Below, piece by piece: positions 59,044 to 64,000 of a DNA stretch of 64,000 bases (position 1 is the first letter of the stretch; each line of letters starts with the position of its first letter). This DNA comes from Polyangiaceae bacterium (GTDB lineage: Bacteria > Myxococcota_A > Polyangia > Polyangiales > Polyangiaceae): assembly GCA_965222375.1 (NCBI GenBank), contig CBDCTZ010000016.1, forward strand, positions 3,411,963 to 3,475,962, read 5' to 3'. The notes under the pieces are model-generated. The model saw only the letters and a list, made by a program, of their open reading frames with translations. It did not search any database and had not been told where the DNA came from. The position numbers and the translations under genes were made by a program.

Positions 59044-60879
59044 ATGAGTGGCGACGATCAGAAACCGCGCCCATCCGTGCGGCCTTCGCGCGTCGACGCC
59101 GGCTGGGAAGAAGTGCCGTCCGTCGTGCCGGAAGACACGGTTTTGGACCCCTCCGTGGACTCCCGAGAACTAACGTCTCCTCACCCGTCCCAGCGATTCT
59201 CCGACCTTGGCGTGCCGATTCCTCGCCGGAAGACCGTGATCGGATTGGCGCCACCGGGCGCTGGGGCTCCCACTCCGAGCGCGGATTTTCGCGAGGCGCC
59301 GACGGCGGCATCGAGCGGTCCCTCGATGCAGACCCTGCCGAGGTCGTCTTCGGGCCTGATGAACGAGGACGAGCCGGCAGCCGACGCTCTGCCACGCTCG
59401 GCTCCGCCCCCAGCACCGTCCGCGCCCCCGCCCCCGCCATCCGCGCGCTACCCCTCGGCGCCTCCTCCGCCTCCTCCGCCAGCAGCTCGATACCCGTCCA
59501 CCCCGCCCCCGGCGCCGTCGGCGCGCTACCCGTCGGCCCCGCCCCCACCCGCTGCCCCGCCTGCCCAGGACGGGGACTACGACGATTACGGCGCTCCGCC
59601 TCCGGACTACGATGCCCCACCCCCAGACTACGGCGCTCCGCCGCCCCCACCGTCCCAACAAGGACCCGGCGCACCTCTCGGGCCAGGTCGAAAGCCCTAC
59701 GACAGTCTCGAGTCGATCCACACGGTCTCCGACTTCGTGAGTACGTCGTCCCTGACCACGGATCCGAACGTGGAATTGGAGAGTCTGGAGGCGACCCAGG
59801 AGCGGCCCGGCAACGCTCCTGTCGCCGAGTACTTTCCTGAGCCTGCGGCCGAGTCCGATCGGCCAGCACCGCCATCGGTGCAGCCCCCCACCGAGTCTTC
59901 GGGCACACGGGAGCTCCGCGACATTCAAGCGCCGCCGATTCATCTCGTGGGCGAGAGCGCTTCTGCGGCCTCGTCGCAGCCGCCGGAGTCGCAGCATTCC
60001 CCCGTGGAACCCGCGAGCGACGAGCCGCAACCGCTGGTGGTTGCACTGAAGAAGCGGGTGCGTCTTGGTTCTGGCACTGCTCCGCTGTGGGGCGTGGTCG
60101 CCGGCGGAGCGGTGGTCTTGGCAGCCGTGGTGATGCTGCTGTCTAGCACCGTGACCGCCCTGATAGCGCGCCGCGGGGATGCACCAGCATCGGCACCCAC
60201 TCCGACCGCCGCGACGGCCGCCGCTCCTGCGGTGCCGTCGCCTTCGGCGCCCCCTGCGCCGACTCGCGAGCTAGCCGGCAGCGAGACTTGGGACACGGCC
60301 ACTTTGTCAAGAATCGAAGAGAAGCCCCAAGCGGAGCGAACCACCGTCGAGACCATGACCCTGGCCCAAGGACGCCGGGCCCAGCGCCGTGCCATGCTGG
60401 CGCAAATGCGGAAGGACCTTGCAGGCAAGGAACCATCCGCCGAAGACGTCAAGCTCCTGCGCAGTGCCGTCACCGACGGCGAAGCGGGGTATGCAGCGCT
60501 TGTGGCCATGGCAGCTTTGGCTGGTCCAGCCGGACCGGATCTGATCTACGAAGCCTGGACCAAGCCGCGCAGCCGCACCCCGACGACGAAGTTCGCGGAA
60601 GCGCTGGTTTACTCCAGGGAAGTTAGGGCGAAGGCGTCTCCCGCGTTGGGGATTGCTCTGGATCTGCGCGCAGTGAAGGACTGCGAGCAGGCTGTCAGCT
60701 TGGTGGAGAAAGCCAAGGAGATAGGCGACCGGCGCGCACTGTACCCGCTTTCGCGACTGACTAGAAAATCCGGATGCGGCGCGAAGAAGCGCAATGACTG
60801 CTTTCCGTGCCTTGGCAAGCGCAAAGACGTCGTCAAGGCCCTGCGCGCCTCCGGGCGGCGCCCCAAGCCTCGTTACTGA
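59044..60879 (+). CDS. Pro-rich single-pass membrane protein with Cys-containing helical C-terminal domain
   Basis: Low-complexity N-terminal half; TM LWGVVAGGAVVLAAVVMLL; C-terminal GCG....NDCFPCL. Confidence 0.75.
   Translation: MSGDDQKPRPSVRPSRVDAGWEEVPSVVPEDTVLDPSVDSRELTSPHPSQRFSDLGVPIPRRKTVIGLAPPGAGAPTPSADFREAPTAASSGPSMQTLPRSSSGLMNEDEPAADALPRSAPPPAPSAPPPPPSARYPSAPPPPPPPAARYPSTPPPAPSARYPSAPPPPAAPPAQDGDYDDYGAPPPDYDAPPPDYGAPPPPPSQQGPGAPLGPGRKPYDSLESIHTVSDFVSTSSLTTDPNVELESLEATQERPGNAPVAEYFPEPAAESDRPAPPSVQPPTESSGTRELRDIQAPPIHLVGESASAASSQPPESQHSPVEPASDEPQPLVVALKKRVRLGSGTAPLWGVVAGGAVVLAAVVMLLSSTVTALIARRGDAPASAPTPTAATAAAPAVPSPSAPPAPTRELAGSETWDTATLSRIEEKPQAERTTVETMTLAQGRRAQRRAMLAQMRKDLAGKEPSAEDVKLLRSAVTDGEAGYAALVAMAALAGPAGPDLIYEAWTKPRSRTPTTKFAEALVYSREVRAKASPALGIALDLRAVKDCEQAVSLVEKAKEIGDRRALYPLSRLTRKSGCGAKKRNDCFPCLGKRKDVVKALRASGRRPKPRY
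59440..59650 (+). repeat. intragenic tandem peptide repeats ARYPS(A/T)PPP x3 and DY(G/D)APPP x3
   Basis: Read directly from the translation; codons differ between copies. Confidence 0.8.
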
Positions 60880-60880
60880 C

Positions 60881-61312
60881 TCAAGCAGGCTTTTCGGCCC
60901 GGATCTTCAGAGCGTGGTTCATACCCACGAAGGCACGGCCGGCCTGGGTGAGGGTTCGCGTCAGCACCCGCACCAACACGCCACGGAAGTTCTCCGAATG
61001 CTTCAGTCGGGTTCGGCCTGCGTCCAGCGCTTCCAGTTCGAAGAAATGCTCGCCCTGCAGCAGCCCCGGGACCAACAGCTGACCCACCCAGCGCAGCTCC
61101 CGGGCGGGATCGACGCGAGTGACCGTGGACCGGACCTGGTGTTCCGAGCCGTCGGGCAGGGTCAGGGTTAGCCTGAGTTTCTCGCCTTCGGCCAATTTGC
61201 CCTCGACGTTCGCAATGAACGGATTCCACTGCTGGTAGCTCGAAAAATCGGTGAGCACGTCCCAGACGCGTTGGATTGGCGCGTCTATCTCGACCTCAGT
61301 CCTCAGCTCCAT
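60881..61312 (-). CDS. SRPBCC (polyketide cyclase-like) domain protein
   Basis: EIDAPIQRVWDVLTDFSSYQQWNPF, GEHFFEL, MNHALKIRAE. Confidence 0.88.
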   Translation of the reverse strand: MELRTEVEIDAPIQRVWDVLTDFSSYQQWNPFIANVEGKLAEGEKLRLTLTLPDGSEHQVRSTVTRVDPARELRWVGQLLVPGLLQGEHFFELEALDAGRTRLKHSENFRGVLVRVLTRTLTQAGRAFVGMNHALKIRAEKPA

Positions 61313-61348
61313 CTGTCACCCTCGGCTGATTGTGCCACAATCGCCCCG

Positions 61349-62408
61349 ATGCGGCTGCTGATGGCGCGCCTTTCGGGCATCAGACCTTTCAGCGACGAAG
61401 CCTTTCCGTTCCAGGATGAGACGGGTGCGCCTCGGCCGGTCACGGTGATCGTCGGAGGGGGGGGCGTTGGTAAGACTACGTTGCTGACTGCGATCGCCAA
61501 TACCCGGCCAGGACATGCGGTCGTGTCCAGTGTGCTGACCTCGCGAGCCGAGCCCGACCAACCCCCCCTTGTCGCATGTGATTGGGCCCTAGGCGGTGAC
61601 GACGAAGATCGCCCCCACGCGCTACGGGTGACGACCCCCACGACCCACGGGCGGGGCTTTGACGACGACGGAGCGGAGGTGCTGCGTCGGCGCGAACAGG
61701 CTTTGTTTGACAAGCGCGCGCGGGAACGCGGGTTCGCGCTTCTGACAATACCCGCGATTCGTTGGTTTTCCAGGACTCCACTCAGCCTGCACGCACCTTC
61801 ACGGAGCGTTGGGCGCTACGATGTGCGCGCCCCCGCCTCCTTCGATGACGGGTCTCGCGCCGACCTCACGCGCGAGGTCAAGCAGGCGCTAGCCTACGCG
61901 GACATTGCCATGGCCTTGGCCGGGGGTGGGGAAGACCAGGGACGCGGACTATCTCTCCTGGGTGGGGCCATGCGACGCACGGTTTCGGCGGTCTTGGGCG
62001 ACAGTGGCTTCGAATACCTGGGCCTGGACGCCCAGAGTTTTGAGCCGATGTTCTCCCACGGGCGCGGCCGCGCGCGGCGTTTTGACGAATTGCCTACTGC
62101 CTGTCGCCACCTGGTGGCGTTCGCCGCGCTGACGGTGCGGATGTTGTGGGCAGCCTACCCGGGGGCGGACCCGCAAGCCTCGGAGGGCGTCGTGTTGATC
62201 GATGAAGTAGACGCCGGGGTCGATCCGGTGGTCGCCGCTGGCGCGCTTTGATCAGCTCAGTACCGCACTGCCCAACGTGCAATGGATTGTGACGACATCG
62301 AGCGTAGTGATATCCGGGGAACGCGGTGCTGGTGAAGTCATCGCTCTGAGGCGCGCTGAAGACGACACCGTGGAGCTGTACATGGGCAGCGCCGCGCTGA
62401 CGCACTGA
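61349..62408 (+). CDS. ABC/SMC-like (AAA_21-type) ATPase, interrupted by a +1 frameshift at ~62249
   Basis: Walker A GGGGVGKT; Walker B VVLIDEVD; the +1 frame continues DQLSTALPNVQWIVTTSS... to TGA 62408. Confidence 0.75.
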
Positions 62409-62512
62409 TGGTTTCGCACGGCCCTGTACCGAGTGACGGGGGAGTGTAGCAGCGACGACCAGCGTCGCGTTGCGGGAGGACGCGACGCTGTTTCGCCTAA
62501 CGACTCCCGGTA

Positions 62513-63540
62513 TCAGGGCAGGCAGCTGTTCTTGGTGCCGGGAGACGGGGTTCCGCTCTGGAATGTCGCTGCGAGGTCTTCGCTGGTCTCGTCATGTCCA
62601 GTCAATCCGTTGCCGCCGGCGAGCTTCTCGCCCGTTTCGAGCTGACAACGCTGAATCGAGGAGGCGGTGCCTGCTTCGGGCTTGATGACGACGGCGGGCT
62701 TCTGGGAACCCCGCGCGGTGTCGTTGACGTAACCCGTCACACCCGTCTTGTCTGCCCGAGTATCGTTGTCGAAGGTGCCGCCCCAGGTCACGTAGTCGAC
62801 ATCTTTGACCGTCGCGGCAGAGCCGTCCCAGGTGAATAGCACGACCATTTCGCGACTGTTGCTGATGAACCCGCCCTTCTTGTCGCCAGCGCCGCCGTTG
62901 GCGGGGTTGAGCATGGCCGGCACACTGCCGCCGCCGCAAGAGAGCGGAGTCGCGGTGCTGTTCATCGTGAAGTCGGGGCAGGAACCGAAGATCTTCTCGT
63001 GGCCATCGTTGCCTGTGTCCGGTTCGCCTGCGACGGTAATCACTGCGCCGGCGGCGATCTGAGTGCCGGATGGGAATTGCACCAGCCAATCCGTCCCTGG
63101 GTTGCTCGTTCCCGGATTCCAGGGACCACTGGTCACCTTGTGGTACGCAGAGTTGTCCGCGAGGTAGTAGTTGCTTAGATCTACGACCGCCGACGTCGGG
63201 TTGTAGATTTCGACGAACTCAGCGCCGCCGGGTTCAAGGCCGACCTCGCTGATCAACACGTGGTCCGCTGGAGTCCCTGCGCCGCCATCCGTTGCGCCGC
63301 CCGCGCCTGCTGTCCCGCCGCTGCCGCTCGAGCCGCCGGCTCCTGCCGATGCGCCTACGCCTCCCGTGGCGCCGCCGCCGGTACCGCTGGTTCCGCCGAA
63401 GTTGCCCACGTTGCCGGAGCCGCCGGTGCCAGGACTGCCACCGCCGCCACCCCCCCGCCACTGTCGGAACATGCGCCGACACACAACGCTGCAATGGAGA
63501 CGGATACGGATAGACCCAGATAGAAGCTTGAAGTTCGCAT
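62513..63540 (-). CDS. lamin-tail-domain lipoprotein, frameshifted in a G7 tract (63450-63456)
   Basis: Signal MRTSS..LCVGAC is in one frame; the Gly linker and LTD (VLISEV..AEFVEIYNPT..DLSNYYL) are in another. Confidence 0.78.
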
Positions 63541-63757
63541 GCCCAAACGCTGACCGCGCGGTCGCGAGTTGTCAATTGCTCGCGCGGTTGGCGCATGCTC
63601 TTGGGCGTTCGCTGGCGAGGGAGTGGAACGTCGCTGCCCGGGTCCAGGCGCCCGAAGGAAAAAACCGGGTAGTTTCAGTGCCTTGTCGGGTTGCCCTGGC
63701 TGACGGGTTGCCTCGGACCGGCGTCGCGAACAGGCTGCCGAGCGGAGGCCGTCTCAG

Positions 63758-64000
63758 GTGTCGAAGGCCAAGCAGCTACTCTCGAGCCTCTTTCGCCTCC
63801 GCAGCCTGTGGATCTTGCTGGCGGTTGTGCTGGCCGCAGGCACTGGGCTCTTTGCTTTCGGAATGCACATGCCGGGCAGCAGTCACAGCGGCGCCCTGCC
63901 CGCTCTGGTGATCCGGGCCGCGAGTTGGCCCGAGAACTTCAGCGTGATGTAGACAAACTCTCTACCGAGATCGGTGAGCGCAATCTTGACCATCCCGCCC
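63758..64000 (+). CDS. probable M28 family peptidase N-terminus (3'-truncated, frameshift near 63907)
   Basis: RBS GGAGG; TM then MPGSSHSGALP; shifted frame gives ELQRDVDKLSTEIGERNL. Confidence 0.6.

Noticed and set aside
59440..59650. CRISPR-like or VNTR array
   Set aside because: Repeats are in-frame peptide repeats with synonymous variation and no spacers; no cas genes in the window
58961..60046. 697-aa minus-strand ORF as a single protein
   Set aside because: The N-terminal ~360 aa is the antisense shadow of the Pro-rich gene; only the DAGK part has family motifs

Overview
GC-rich, gene-dense bacterial chromosome segment with a myxobacterial signature, most likely Polyangiales-like (inference). 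The signature comprises three Hanks-type Ser/Thr kinases, two FHA proteins, a TonB-domain-fused TonB-dependent receptor, a TPR/PEGA-type protein and many Gly/Cys-rich lipoproteins. About 50 CDSs can be supported. Recognisable loci: sppA, malQ, a TerC protein, a BamA-like/DUF4390-like/siroheme dehydrogenase operon, a pgsB-pgsC-pgsW poly-gamma-glutamate operon, an ECF sigma factor with a giant ZAS-FecR-VIT-vWA-TPR anti-sigma, an RND tripartite pump whose TolC carries an extra N-terminal binding-protein-like domain, crcB, USPs and an HDAC. Non-coding features: a cobalamin riboswitch (~13525-13705, minus) and a complete but nonsense-inactivated IS4/IS10-like element (37969-39261). The best candidate for an undescribed system is the operon encoding a signal-peptide/coiled-coil/multi-TM P-loop ATPase, an MscS channel and a lipoprotein (23094-27812), which converges within 10 bp on pgsBCW. 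Three single-base frameshifts in the last 1.8 kb suggest poorer assembly quality there. No rRNA, tRNA or CRISPR array was seen. All family calls come from motifs recognised by eye; no database search was run.
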